Shown piece after piece: positions 24,301 to 39,300 of a DNA stretch of 64,000 nt. Position 1 is the first letter of the stretch, and each line of letters starts with the position of its first letter. The position numbers were made by a program, and so were the translations under genes. Below the pieces are notes generated by a model. It was given only the letters and a program-made list of their open reading frames with translations. It was not told the origin of the DNA and made no database searches. This DNA is from Bugula neritina (lineage: Eukaryota > Animalia > Bryozoa), in NCBI GenBank assembly GCA_964035545.1, contig OZ037765.1, positions 2,604,001-2,668,000 of the forward strand. The letters run 5' to 3'.

Positions 24301-26988
24301 AGCCTCATACATGCTTTAAAAGCTCATAAAATACATGCATTGCTGTCGGAACTGAAAAATAGCTGCTGGGTTTGGCAAATCTTTCTACATGTATGGTATC
24401 CTTGCAAAAGTCACATGGAGCATGTTGTGAAATGCTGCAACAATGCAAGACGACTCTATTTCAAACCTAGGATAAAAAATGTTACCTTTCTTGGCTTCTG
24501 CATATTTTCTTATTTCCATGTGTGCTTTCCCTCTCCTCCTATAGGCCTTCAGATAGGTAGGGTCACACATTATAGCTTTGGTGCAATCTACCACCACAGT
24601 TTTCCAATCTTTCTGTTAAGAATTATACAAAATATTTCTATTACTCTGTATTGATGAAAGATACACAATAATACAATTTACTCTATGTTCAATTCATATA
24701 GAACGCATACAGAGTGGTCTTAGTGTAGGATTATTGACTCAATCAGAAGATGAGCTAAAAGATTTACCTTGCATTCGTTGGCGGCTGCACGGTTATGGTA
24801 GAGGATGGCCAGGAGTTTCACTTCCTCCTTTGGACAAAGCTCTATGGCCTTGTCGTAGGAGCTTAGGGCCTGAGCATAGCATTTCTTTTTGAAAAACTCA
24901 TTTCCTTGTTCCTTAGCCTTGATGGCCTGAGAGGCTGCGTTGGAGGTCTACAAAATAGACTAAGATCTCAACATAATTGAGACAAAAATTGCATTAAGTA
25001 AACTTCTACAACATTGATAAGCCTTTTGCCATAAATATATTTGCTAAATTTTCTCTACTAAACATCTGAACATTGAGTCCGGGCCAGTTGAAAACTTATT
25101 CTATAACTTAGTAGAGCACCAAGATTATACTTATACTATCTCTTGCTCAAGAGATCACACTGTTTATATATCACCATGACAACTTATGTACCATAAAGCA
25201 GATTAACAGTGCTTCACTTGGCAGAATAATTCCTCTAGCAAACGAACTGTTTCAAGAGTTTGAATGCAAAACATATTATAAATATTTTCTTTTATTTTAG
25301 GCAAACATGGTAATATTACATTTTGAAAGTCTTCTATACAAATTGGAACTCATCAACATCAACAGATATTGGTAATTATCATTTCATATTAGATTTGAAC
25401 AATTACATTATAAATGTCTGTTAGGTATAAATGTAAAAACTACCATTGAAGTGACATTAAAACTATACGCCTGCAAACTATAAACTGCAAACATATAAAA
25501 GTGCATTGGCTGCAGCAGTAAGCCCCATATTAAGCACATAATCCTGTATATATCCAAAAGCAGTAAAAGTGTAAAAAACAATCGTAATTTGTTATATTAT
25601 TTGGCAACCATTTTGCGAAAGTATAGCTATTTTAAATTTCCAATTGATTTTACTACATGCTGAAAACGAATGGCTCTTTTTATTGAATTATTATTAGCAC
25701 CTGGTAAAAGTTCCTTTTTACGACTACTACAAAATACCTTTTGTTATCAATATATTATGCAATTTAAATACACGTTGAATGAACTTCATGCTTACTGCAG
25801 TACTTTCTCCATTAGCCTGAGAAGTCAAACCTGCATCTGTACTTCTTTGAGCATTGTCATTGTCCCTACTTTTATCTGAGATGGGACAACTTCTTTTCCC
25901 CAGCCACCTGTAGATCTTGTAAGAGGCAAACGATGCACACGCCACACCAGCCATGCCAAATATGGCCATCTTGGTGACGTCCCTGGTGCCATTTTCATTC
26001 GTTACTACAATAGAAACACTCAACTCTTTTATTAAAATTATTGTTAGTTCTGTATAACTTTTATTTTCACAGCCATTTGAAAACCAGATGTGAAAATCAG
26101 CTTTACATGAAGTAAACTAAGCCTAAACTTGAGATATACCATTCTTTATAATATATTGACATCACAGCAAGTATAAATCTACCCCTGAAGGTTTTATATG
26201 CTGCACATGCAAACCAGTTTGTAAGAAATGTAGTAATAAGGAAACTGTTTTGTAAAACTGTTCCCATTGTAAGAATGAAGCCAATTTAACAACATGATGG
26301 AAGTTGTTTCACATTTTGGGCATAGAAAGAATTATGTAATAGAAAGTCAGTCTGGAACTGAGTAACAAACTGTTTGAGCATGTATTTTGTTTCTTCCATA
26401 TAATGTAATTTAATGAACATTAAACTAACCAAATACATAATTATTATGAACCGTATATATTGCAACTTTTGCTAGAGAAAAGTAGTAAAGACCACAATAG
26501 CTTTTTACTGATTGCCATAACCTGCAAGGCAGGCATTGCTTCCACTGCAAATTCTTATATTGACCACATTGATAAACTAATGTTGTTTGTTTTGCTATCA
26601 AAGTATAAGAAACAAATAAAGCTATAAAGCCCTTCAATTTTAAAAGAGAATATTTAAGTAGAAAAAAATAGTATTCAGAGTAGAGATCTCTTCTGAAAAG
26701 TTATATGTAATATAAATAAATGATAGGTGATTTACAACAATAATCACATCACCAGGTCTAAAATCAACAGTCGCATTAATGTTAAACCGTAAGTACAACA
26801 CCTAGCAATAGCAACAACTAACAAGCCTACAATTAGATGACAACAGTAACCATTATTAGTATGAGTATCAATATTAGTGTGCCACAGTCTATAACACTCT
26901 ACAGGCTGTCTGTAAAAGGAAGAGCTTATAAATAAATGTTTTACTTACCTCTGAATAAGCCTGTTGCATTGGATAACCAAAGTTTCAT
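21338..26988 (-). CDS. TOMM70: TOM70-like mitochondrial import receptor (TPR protein), divergent
   Basis: About 12 exons: 26949-26988, 25796-26004 (N-terminal anchor AIFGMAGVACASFASYKIY), ~24768-24947 (TPR clamp AKEQGNEFFKKKCYAQAL...LYHNRAAA), ~24486-24611 (VVDCTKAIMCDPTYLKAYRRRGKA), further TPR exons (LLLRATF, DIYYHRGK), 21822-21944, last exon 21338-21500 (...KKNFGLEVPNIFDN*). Roughly 590 aa; some internal boundaries are approximate. Confidence 0.82.
23025..23137. repeat. 8-bp tandem repeat (TTATATAG/TTCTATAG)
   Basis: Visible tandem array in a TOM70 intron. Confidence 0.85.
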
Positions 26989-29802
26989 CTTGATAGTCCA
27001 AAATGACCAAATTAAGCAAACTGAAAGCGTGAACTAGTCACTAGAACTCACGAAGAGTTGGATTAGGACTGAGAGTGAATGAGTGAATGAGGGAAAATAC
27101 AGTACACAGTATTCGCAAAAATAGTAAAGCACAAATCACAAAACCAATTTGATAGCAAAATCAAGAATATATCAGCACTAGAAATTAGCAAACGAGCTAA
27201 CTCTTGCAAAATGATTCAAATAACGGCTTCTTAGCTCATAATGACATTCCATCTTCCAACAACAATGGGTCTTGAAAATAATAGATTGTTGGATTTCAAT
27301 TGTTTACATAAAATTAATAATTTTTTGAGAATTGTTGAAAATATTAGACAGAGCCTTAAAAATATTTTATTGTTGTGCTAGATTGCAAGATTTTACTGAA
27401 TTACATAATATACCAGCAAATATCTGACATGCCACCAGTCATACTTATTAAGTTGAAACTTACCATATTAGCACAAGTTAAATAACTAAACTGGTAAATT
27501 TTGACATGCATAAAGTACATGCTACTGCTAGCTATGACTAAGCTGGTGAGCGTGGCTAGGTTATACTTCAATAGGTGTAAACCAATAAAATAGTGTTTAA
27601 ATATCATGGACTGCTTTTCAAACAAATAATTTAAGCATCTAATTGTGCATTATAGCTTACACAATGTAATATTGTCAAAGTTCATCATATTGCAGTTGTA
27701 ATGTTAGAATATTGTTGTCCTGCAGCTAGTTCAGTAGAAAACATGAAAGAAATGCCACAATTTTAATATTCAATATAAAGTTTGCTATAGAAGTAAACTT
27801 TACACGCAGCTGAAATAAAAGTCGCATTTCATAGTTCTAAAGATTTTATATAATAAAAGCAGTGCATGATAAGCAATGCAATGGATCTCTTTACTAGAAC
27901 AACACCAAATTTATCGGGGGAAAAATTGCAACCAATTTTACCAAGTCTGAGGATTGTCTATTCTGCTAGAAATGAAACTTTCAAGTGCCATTTTCAGGAT
28001 AAACTCAGGATAAACTCAATACTATTCAAGATCTGAACAAGGTTTAAGTTTTAAAATATTTACATAATATTCGTTTAATTGCATACAGACCTATATAGTG
28101 AAAATAAAATAAAGATCTATAAGAAGGAATTTCGAATATACCTAAAATAAAGATAAGTTTCAACTGCAACTCTCTTTTAAAGACTATAAATTTGTCAACA
28201 TATGTATTGAATTGACGGTCTATAATATACCTAAAAAACAAATCACCGATTTCAAAAAAGTTAAGCAGCATCTGATCATTGAAGCTTTATACGTTATAAC
28301 CTTTTGAATATTGAGTGTTATTACCATATAAAAATAGCTTTAAAATATGCATATATTTCTAAATAATTAATTATACGACATATATACAAGTAATTACAAT
28401 ATAGGCTACTGTAGATCATATAAATGTAGATTATATAAATTATATAAACGTCAAGTGCTTACAATATTTTCTAAAACTAGCATAGTAAGGTCAATTAATC
28501 AGCTGGCTATGTTACTTAAAACTTCTCATTAGATACTTTTCTTCAATAATCTTCATATTTATATATTATGAACAATGTTTGATCAAATATCACAGCTTAG
28601 CCTACATCAAATAACTATCTTTTGCGATTGTTTGTCTTGTTTTAAATACCAAATCAATCATCCAGAAAATAAGTATTCTACCGGCCGTTAGCTTTTTATG
28701 GGCACACATGTGATGACCTTACAAAGGAAGGTGCAACCTTTGGAAGCAAATCAAACAAAGGTGGTGGTCATTCTTGGTTGCTATGCTTTCCTTGGCTGCT
28801 GCACAAGAAATTGAACTAAAGAAAAGCAGCAAATATATTTATAATTGGTAATTATAAAGTAAAAAGCCTACCATTATAGCAGTATTGACACCAATAAAGC
28901 ATATTATTATTAAGACGATTTTGACTGGATAAGTGGAGTTATGTAGAGTTGTGCTCTCTTATTAGCAGCACGTTTTGACATGACAACTCCTTCGGAAACT
29001 GGAGCTGTCGAGTGTCCAAGACGTGAATTGACTCTCCCAGTGTTTGCTGCGTTATAAAGGCTGTGGGTTAAGTATATGCAGTTACACACTGTTTCCTGTT
29101 GCCAATAATTTCATCATAGTATTTGTTGACATCTACTAGGGTTCCCCAAAATTCAGCACCAAAAAAACTTTCTATTTGGCCAGTGTGGATGATTTCCCAT
29201 CGCCATTAGACTGTGCTCATGAAAATAACTGTTATGGGAGCACCATGAATGACTCTCCACCCCTTCCGTATTGTATTAGGCTGGGGACAATAAATGATGT
29301 TAGGCTTTTATGGCCCACAATTTTATCCTGGTCCATGAATATAATTTGCTAGTTTTATATTGGAAAGTAAACATTGCCCTGTCTTCGATACTGTTTTCAC
29401 AAACAAGCAACTTGAATGTATAACAGTTGGAATAATTTTGCTGTGTAAGTACATAGTTTTTATTATTTAATATGTTATATATTACAATATAATAAATGAA
29501 AAATTACATCTAGAGTTTTACTACCCTTTCCACTCTTCGTGAATCAGTTATAATAAGTTATATAATATAGTACGGGTGGAAATAGATGGTTATAAGAAAT
29601 AGCCTACTAATCCGTAAAAACTGGCATTTAAAGACCAACAGCTTATAGATTTCCGCCAGTAGAGAAACTGGAACCTTAATAATTTGCATGTGGAGTAGTT
29701 GCAAGAGCCAATGAGTTGTTTCTGATGTGATTCATACAAAGTGCCATAGCGAGCAGATATAAAACAGTTAAACTTTGTAGTAAAGAACGTTCTAGATCAC
29801 AA

Positions 29803-32800
29803 TCACACGATTTCATACTTTTCAGGGAACATGAGGGTTTCTGAGGAAAACTTGACATTTTTACCGTCGGGAGTCTTTATGCCTACAGCCTGTAAGTAAA
29901 CAAGGTGATACAGTAAATCAAGGCTATGTCTGCATACATTAGAGAATGGAAAACTTCAAAACAAAAATTAAAACACTAAAAAAAAGAAGTTGGAGTTACA
30001 GTAAATACACTGCGAAGAAATTAGAATTTTCCATGTAAATCTCAAAACATAAACACTTGAAATCAAAACTGAAGCTGATTCACAACTTACAGCAATTCCA
30101 AAGAAGGACTTTTTAGAAACAAATGAGACAGAGATAGGGAAGAAGTCATCCTCATGCCCGGATATACTAAACTCTATGGTGCCACTAGAGTTTGACTGAT
30201 CTATGACGGGCATTGTCCAATCTAGAATGTTCTTTCTACTGTCATGGCTGTAGTCACCATCGCACTGCGTGACTCTGGGTGCTCCAACCCCACCCCTGCA
30301 TAATTCACAAAAACAAGACTTGAAAAAAAACAAAAATGAAATGTATACAAAAAATACCACTAATTTCATAAAGGGTAAGCAACTCTAAATAATTTAACCA
30401 AAAACAAAAAAGATTAGATATTTATGTATTATATATTGTATAAATATAATATTATACAATAATATTGATTACATATTATATTATAATAATATGTTATAAT
30501 AATATCAATTACATGTTAATATATATCAATCACTTATTAATATTATTATAATATAAATATTATATTTATATAAAAACCCATATAATTCTTAAATTATTAA
30601 ACATTCCAACAAGTTGGCATATTTTTACGGGCCATTATGAAAATATGATTAGTAATTCTCTATCTTCATCACCCTAAACCGTCAAAAATTAGCTGAGAAA
30701 ATAGAGGGAAATACTCATCACCCAACACACATTACATCTCTGGAACTCTGGTAGCTCTAACTATACTGCAGGAAACAGTGTTAGCAGGATACTTACGGCA
30801 AGGGTACAGATATTACAACATCATCTAACTCCAACTCATTGGCTTGTAGTTCGTATTCGATGTTTACATCACACCCACTACTTGTAACATTAGGCCAGCA
30901 GTTAACTAAAAATAGTATAACACTTTTTAGATCTAGTGTTGGCGCAAATCACAAATAATATAACAATAAAGTACTTTGCAAATACAAGCTATTTCCAGAA
31001 AACAAGTCACATCTAGAAACAGGGTCGATAAAAAGGCAAACTTTCACTGATTACACATAAACTGAATTATCAATTTTGTTCCAAAGAATATTACACCGAA
31101 AGGATATTCTAATGCAGGTACACAGAATTGTGTGTCTGTTTCAGTAGTTGACACGAGTGCCACATAACATTATGTTTCCTAGGAGACCATTCTAAGTGAC
31201 TTATACTACGTGATGTATATTACACAACGCGATGATATGCAAAATGACTGACTGGTTAGCGGAATGAGAGAGGCATCAGATGATACTAGCCGCCATCTTA
31301 GAACTCCGACTTCCTGTTTTAGCGGGAATGTTTTACTCTTGTCTTTCAGGGCAATAATGGACTGGGCCTGATACATTCTCTTGTCAATGCTAGGGTGTGT
31401 CTACAAAGTAGCAACGAGCTTTACACCGATACTATTCACCAGATCATTAAAACACATGAACCACAGTCTGGTGTTTAAACACAGCCAATATTCCAACAAA
31501 CAAATTAGCAACTGTACACTGTACTTACACCATACACTGTACTTACACTACACACGGTACTTACACCACCTAAAACGCTATGCCACATGCAATATACTTA
31601 CGTTGGTTTGTGCCTTCTTGTTATCAGCTATCTTAATGCCGATGCCTTCATAAGCATTGTCAGAGATGAACAGGTGTAGAGTGCCACTGAAGTCTAGCGT
31701 CTCCAAAGTTCCGTCTCGCGACGCCACACACACCACCTTCTCCTCAACTCGGATGTGAACACTGGCAACAGACGGCAGTCAGCATATAGATACAGGCAGC
31801 GGAATACATTAACATAGGGTATCAAATAGTAGTTCATAGATAACATGCCTTCACTACACATACACAGATACTAGAACTAGCCTCACACTAGCTGGAGTGA
31901 CTACAATATTATAACTAGCATATAATAAGTAATGAGCACATTCATAGTCGATATGAGTTTGTATTGTCAGAGGTTTATTGTTCAATAGAGTATCATAAAC
32001 CAATAAGACTCTATCAACAACAAGTAACACAGGTTGAGATCATTGAGTTATATAATAAATTCTATGAATAGTCATTTCACAGGGGTTTGAAATGCTTTGA
32101 AAGAAGGTTACACAAGTAAACAAACATATTCATATCATAAGTAATATACTCTCAACCACTAACCTCTCCTTGTCAACCTCTGGTACGGCAGACACTTTTG
32201 CTGCTCCCGTCTTTCTACTGGCAGCAGTAGGAATCTCCTCCACGGTCACACCCTCAGATGCCAACTTGTCTACAAACTGGTTCAAATCCTTCTTCTTCGA
32301 GCCAAGTTTCATGCCACTTCCTGTGGGCCGTTTAGGAGCCGAGTAGGAGGTAGCGGGTTCAACTGGCGTGCTGTTGGTTATTAGAGATGAGCTACTGGAG
32401 ATGCTGCTGCTAGAAGACATGCCGCCCTCATACCCATTGCTATAATATTCAAGTAATGGCTGGTAACATCACCACCTTGATGCACTGTATTGGTCAAACA
32501 GGTTTTACAGACTTCCATATAACATTTTCCAATTCCTTCAGCCCAACGGTGTGAGCAAATACCTCATTCAGGTCTAGCAGTAGTAGTGAAGGTGGAGCCA
32601 TATTGGCTACGTATTTTCTGACTAATGACTCTCAAGATGAAAAATTTATTTTTCACATTTATATAACAGATCCAGTGAATAATACTCAGTAATGGTAGAA
32701 AGAAAGCAACTGCCACTAAACCGGTTGAAAAGGAGCATGAGCAGAACTTAGAGCACCTGCTGTGACATGTTAGGGTATGTTAGAAAAGGAGCATGTGCAG

Positions 32801-34127
32801 AACTTAGAGCACCTGCCGTAACATGTTAGGGTATACACAGCTACCTGTATGGATTTCCACCATGACGCTGCATGTCTTTGCGTTTCCTGTCCAGCTCTCT
32901 CTGTTTAGTTTTCATTGCCTCCTTCGCTTCCCGCTCTTGGCTCTACGAGATATACAATTTGATTGTTTGACCTTGACCTTCCCTTATATAACAGCCTTTA
33001 CTTTCTCATATACGACAGCAAGAGTGTCATTATGCTGCGTACCAACTGCTGTCATCGTTCAACAAGGCATAGAGCCAGCTGACTCAATAGAATATCGACA
33101 GCGACATGAGAAAGGCAAGTGCTGACAAACACGAGCCATGGGTATGGAAATATTACTAAAGAATGAGCATTATATACAGATAGTCATCTTTTATCCAATG
33201 CTCAAAAATTTAACAGTAATTTGAAACAGAGACTCCTCTACCCATATAGGGAGGTAACTAGTAAACCTTTTGAAACAACAAAAATGGATGTTGCTAGCTG
33301 ATGACAGTGAGGGAGACACCCACCTCGATGAGAGCTCGTGCAACTTTCTCCTCGTGAGAATCCATCTGTAGAAGAGTGTTGATCTGCGCCAAATTGACAT
33401 TTTCTCTATAGCCTAGGGCCACGATTTCGTCAAAGGCGAATATAATTTGAAAGGAGTTCTCTAAGATCACGCTTTCTTCCAGAGACCTGCCATATTCCGG
33501 CACCTGAAGCCAAACATCAACCATTAAATAACTTTGAACAGCAGCACCATTCTAATACAAAACATAGAATATACTTGTCACCGTGAATATAGATCAGTCT
33601 ACTTACGACTTTAGCAAATAGCCTGAGTGTATCCAGATCTTCCAAAATGTTGCTGGCTTTAGTAGTGATAAGTACAACAAACAGCTGCTCTAAGGCTTGG
33701 TAGACATATCTCACGCTGTCGGTCTCTACAAACGTGTGCTGCTTTCCTGTGTTCATCAACTTAGGGAAAGCTGCCAACAATCCCTCAATCCTGGCCCGCG
33801 ACATCTCCACAAACTGTCTTGACACAAGCACTGCAAAATACATTGAAATCACAATTACAATCAACTTAATTTGAAAATAGTTTGCTATATTCAATGTAAT
33901 CAAAATCATTATAATTACAAGTTCAATATCATACCTTTGCCAGATTTATTGCACACAGCTGCTGCTAAGAGAACCTGTAAAATTCAATTTTAAATTATCA
34001 TCACAATAGAAAGATTTAAAATCACATTAAAAATGCGGTATGATATGATTCAATTGTAACTAGAATGTGCAGAAACTGACCGTGTTACTAGACAAGCAGT
34101 GACTATGCTTTACAAATTTCTTACCAT
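29803..34127 (-). CDS. ARCN1: Coatomer subunit delta (delta-COP, archain)
   Basis: ATG|gtaag at 34125-34127, then [13 protein letters not shown] (33935-33974), [26 protein letters not shown]...[15 protein letters not shown] (33607-33830), [19 protein letters not shown] (33324-33503), and mu-homology exons ending EKYEIV* (29803-29889). Probable non-coding first exon near 34981-35100. Confidence 0.96.
32725..32835. repeat. Direct tandem duplication of ~56 bp in an ARCN1 intron
   Basis: GAAAAGGAGCATG.GCAGAACTTAGAGCACCTGC.GT.ACATGTTAGGGTAT occurs twice. Confidence 0.8.
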
Positions 34128-36353
34128 TATGTTTGTTGACCGAATTTGATCTTTACTGCTGGAAACAATAAGCTACACCGAGATGGAGCAGCAAGAAGTG
34201 ATACAAAATGATCTCCCACAATGAAGACTAGAAAATGTTTTTAATAGCTTTCTTCAACTGCAATATCCAGTCAACAGTACAATAGCTTGATGCTGTGGCT
34301 AGTTGAAAGAAAAAAGTTTCAATATAGAACTAGAATAGAAATAAAATTAAATACAGACAAAGCAAAAGTTGACATTAAAATAAATATTGTTTAAAACTAA
34401 AAATATAATTATAATACTGTAATAAATAGTCATTACAGTTGCACTAAAAGTAATTTAGAAATCAAAGTGTTAAACTGAACATGTAACTTATCTGTTATCA
34501 CTGTGCTAGGAAAGTGCAAATTAGGCAATCCCAATGTGAAACTGAATATAAATAACACTACGTTACTGCAAGTGTTGACTATTAGCCATTAGGTTTACTA
34601 CTAATTCTAACTCTAATTACTAAGATCTATATTCTCAATTAATCATTAGGACTTAAATCTTCAGATTTGACTTTAAATCTTGTTTTTATTAGCTTATACT
34701 TATAGTTAAACTCAACTTATAGTTAAAGTTATGGCCTACTTTAAGTCTTAGTCTCACTAATAGTGTTACTATTAGTGTAGCTTACAGTTTAGCTACAGTT
34801 AAAGCTCAAGTAGCAGTTCATATCCATCACTATAACATTAACTATGAGTATGACTGTAAGTGTATGAGTGTATGAGTGTATCAAGGTGACGGTGACATCT
34901 GACAGTGACCGTCACTTAACTCAAGTCACTTCTAATTCCAGGTTAAAAAGCAAATATGAATAGAAACTTAAACACCTACCTACTCAATAGTGCGTAATTA
35001 GGATTGGTTAATTTTATGATTCTCGTGAGAGGTATGTTGAAGTGAGCACAAACTGACACTCACTCAGACTCTCACGCCGAACAAAACTAAATGTCCGATA
35101 GCTGCTCCTTTTCAGCAGTCTTTTAAATTCATCTGATGAACGAGAATCGTGTTACCAGAAACCATCAACATGAGCTTCTGCTTTAAAAGATAATTTTATT
35201 CACGGTTACTCATATTTAAGAAATGCATATAAAATTCAAAAATGCTCCAAGTGTCGGATTTTGCGTTTTCTTCTTTCACTGCGTCCAACTCATCGAAAAA
35301 ATGCAACATCCAATAGAATCGCGTAAATGCATAACATGGCTGTCATTTCCGTTTTAGCCTGCAACTTCAACCGGAGGAATTACAAATTATAGAAAAAATT
35401 GCTCGGGGCGCGTGTAAAGACTACCTACAAGAAGAAGACAACTTTGAAATTTCTCAATAAACTATCCAAAGCGCATCAGAGTGCTCTGTCAACAGTCCTG
35501 TCTTTGTCATTCGGAATTGTCTGCCCACATGGCAGCTTTCCCTCTTGAAGTCAAAACTTTACATGCTAAATAAATTACACACAATCCCCTAAAATATTGT
35601 TAACGTTTTTCTTAAAAAGCGTTGCTTGTTTTACATTAAATGTTGTCAAACGAATAGATAAGGGGTTGAATACTGTAAACAAAGTAATTGGAGTGGTAGT
35701 TATTCCACAAGCATCTTATATGAGAAGCATGCAACACATTATTGGAGTAGTTATAACAGTTACCTATTTTAGTTTGTTCTAGCATTTTCTAATAATATAT
35801 GCTAGTTTATTATAGTTTATTTTAGTATATTATATACCTTGAATTCTAGTACATTCTATTTATGCTAGTTGGTTATTTCTTATTTTAGTTTATTATTATT
35901 GGTCTTTTATAGTTGAACTGATTACGCAAGGTAAATAGCTCTAAGCTTTTTAATTTATTTGAAAAGTAATGTTTACTGCTCAAAATATGAATTAATTTTT
36001 CGTGCAAATAAGCCTAACCTTACAAAGAAACGCTTAAAATAAATAGAAAAAATTATGAATTGTCATAACTCATCAAAACATTAGTACATCAATTGCTGTA
36101 TATTTAATACCATAAAGAGAGCTATTTACAACTATCACAATGAAATCTCTGCAAATGCTCATTGGTTGCAATGATGCCTACAAAACACAAAATTCCTGCA
36201 AGCAAATATTATAAACAACATAAAAATCCTCAATTATATTCAGTATATAATTAAGTTTTGCATTGCACATGCTAGTGTTGTTTTATCTGTTATAAAAATG
36301 TTGACAGAATTGATAACAAAATAGTTAGATCAACTTCGTTAGCTTTAATTAAA

Positions 36354-39300
36354 CTAATGCAAGCTTGTAGCTGGATGCATTCTAAGATTTTCATTTATGG
36401 GAGGTGTGGTGGCGCTTTGCTGTGCGGTGTTGCTATGACGATGGTTTGATACATCCTGGTTTAGAGGCTGCGGTCTATTTGATGGGTCATCAATGTCAGA
36501 ATAATGATGATTCACAGCAAAGTTTGACCTTTGGTTGACCTCACATCTTCCAGACTCTCCATGGACAAACTCTGTAAACAGTAAGCGATAACTAATCAAC
36601 AGTCACAAAGTTACAAAGACAATAAAATAAGCAAATTTCAAATTGCTCTGTAGTATTATATTGTACAGGATTGAATAATTTACAGTTCAATTTCTTAGGA
36701 ATATACAGCTTGTTATGCAAAAATAATTTATGAATCTGATGTAAACATTAAGAAAAAATTTTATCGCGAGGCAACAAAAAGTTACAATTAAATAATAACT
36801 GTTGCTTCAGCTTGTGTTCTAGCAGTTAAAGCTTTGGTCCAGTACAACACGAGTCAGACTGCAGTCATCATAAAGCAATTGTGAAATTTGAAGTTGGTTT
36901 AAAATATATTCTAAGTATTCCTAATGGTTTATAATGAGACCAGTAATTTTGCTTAATGCTGCTGTGATATAATTTACAAATTTAATAGAACACGCCCAGT
37001 TATACAGCACAAAAAGTAGACATAATAAAACTGTATTATACTAGAATCAATTGTCATGTTGATGTGATATATTACTATCATCACTTATATTCTCACCAGG
37101 ATGTGGATTAGGGGGAGGGAGGGGTGGAGAGGGAGAGAGAGAATCACGTCCCTTCAACACTCCATTAACCTCTGGTCAAAGATAAACAAAAGTTTTTGAA
37201 AGAAGAAAATTGCTCATCATAAATGCGACACATATTGAAAAACCTGCAGCTAAAAAAATAAATACACAACATCAAAATAAAATTTTCAGCTACGAAATTA
37301 ATAAACATAATTATATTATTATTAAATATTTTTAAGTGGTTTAGATGGTTATAGCTGTTTTATATTCAAGGTTAACACAGTTCGAAAGTTTAAATATTTA
37401 GTTTCATTACTCGTTTATGCAAACTGTACATGAAATAGGAAACAAATGCATATCTGTATTATTCTGCAAATTGTGCTGGGTTGAAGTAACACTATTCACT
37501 ATCCAATAACTGGACCTGTCTTGAATATAATTCACTTTATTTAAAAAAGGTAATAATACTATAAATGTACCTGCTAGTTCAACATGATTAGCTTTGAAGT
37601 TGATGTCTTTATGTTTAATGGTTCTGAAAGTGTATCCAGTATAGGCAATTGCAACAGCGAGCAATACTGTTAAACTGGTAAGCATAAAAATGACAATAGG
37701 CAACACCCAATTTGATGACTCATCCCTGTCTAGTTTGTCTGTTTCACCATCACCTGATCGATTAGATACTTGATTGAGAAATGTACAAGAACATTGTGAT
37801 GAGGGACAACTGGCCGTAACATTGTTTGGATCAATTTCTCCTCCAATGTAATACACAGTTTTGGCTTCTTGCTCAAGTTCCCCATTGGTAACAGAATATA
37901 CATGCTTATATACAGCCTGGTTTCCAGATTTAACAATGTTATAAATTTTATAGTTCACTTTGCCATCACCTGTTGAAAGAAATGGTAAATAAACTTGTGC
38001 ATGGCTGTTTACAAATGTTGGGATCTTTGTTTTATGCAACAGTTCAAGGAAATGCTTTTTTCCAGTAGCATCTCCAAAAAGCCTGGTACAATTTATTGAA
38101 TTAAATTCTTGATAACAATAAGATTCTTTAGTAGCATTTTTAATAGCATATGCTACCACAAGTCCGTTCATGACATTATGTTTACCAACAACATTCTCAA
38201 AATCTAGGTATTCACCATTAAAACCTGGTTGAGACAGGAACTGTGAGTTTAAATCACAGGGCGCATCCTTAGCTACGGCAGGGTGATAACTATTTGGAAG
38301 AAAGCAATTGAAGAATTGCTGCCAAAAATGTATAAAAACTGAGTTGTCCTTATTGTTAGTAGGTTTTTGATTATGCAAAAACTCTTTAAAATAGTTTTTT
38401 CCTTTTCTCGTCCATGTGTACAAATTATCTTTCAACGAAAAAGTTAGCGACCCATAAACAAAATCTTGAAATCCATCAATGACATCAAGACGATTGCCCC
38501 AAGTTTCACCTCCAATTAAAATGATTCCTCTGGCTTTCCAGTCCGGAACGTGTTTTGAAATTTTTTTTATCAAGTTCCTAATAAATATGTTTTCTGCAAA
38601 AATAATAATGGGCCGAAGCAGCTTGTTGGTTCTAGCTAATCTGTTTATATTGAGAGCCATCGCTTGTAATTCGTCGTTTGAATTCTGAGCTGCCATTCGA
38701 AATGAAATACAAACTCTATTTGCTTTAGCATGCTTTTCTATCATTTGAGCACCGGTTTTACCATAGACAGTTTTGTCATGAATCAAACCAGTGTTGTTCC
38801 AACCATTCTCTAAAATGAGCTTAATGATAAACTTTGCCTGTTCTTCGTCATTAGGCACATTTCGGAGAAAAGTTGGGTGCCAAAGACGGTCACTCAACCA
38901 TGTGCTCGTGCTTTGGGAAGAAATTTGAGGAATGTTGTACAGACTTAAATAAGCTTGGAGAACAATAGAGACCCCACTTGATGTGTCTCCTAGAAAGACC
39001 ACAAAGTCATTGGGGTCAACATGGTGTTCGTTACCCTGAGGGTCACTGAGAACTGCGGAACTCCCAGACTTAAAAATGCTGTTTAGGATTTTATGAGAAC
39101 CAAGGATACCGTCGCAGGTATCAATAAATAATGTACTAAAGTCAATGTCAGTTATGTTTTTTATCTGTTGCACAGCGTAATAGAATGACTGCATAGTAAC
39201 AAAACCATTGATTGACACATCGGGGCCACAACTGTGCATGCCTTCTTTTACACTTACTCGGGATGTGTAGCCAATGATGTATTTAGACTTGCCTCGAATA

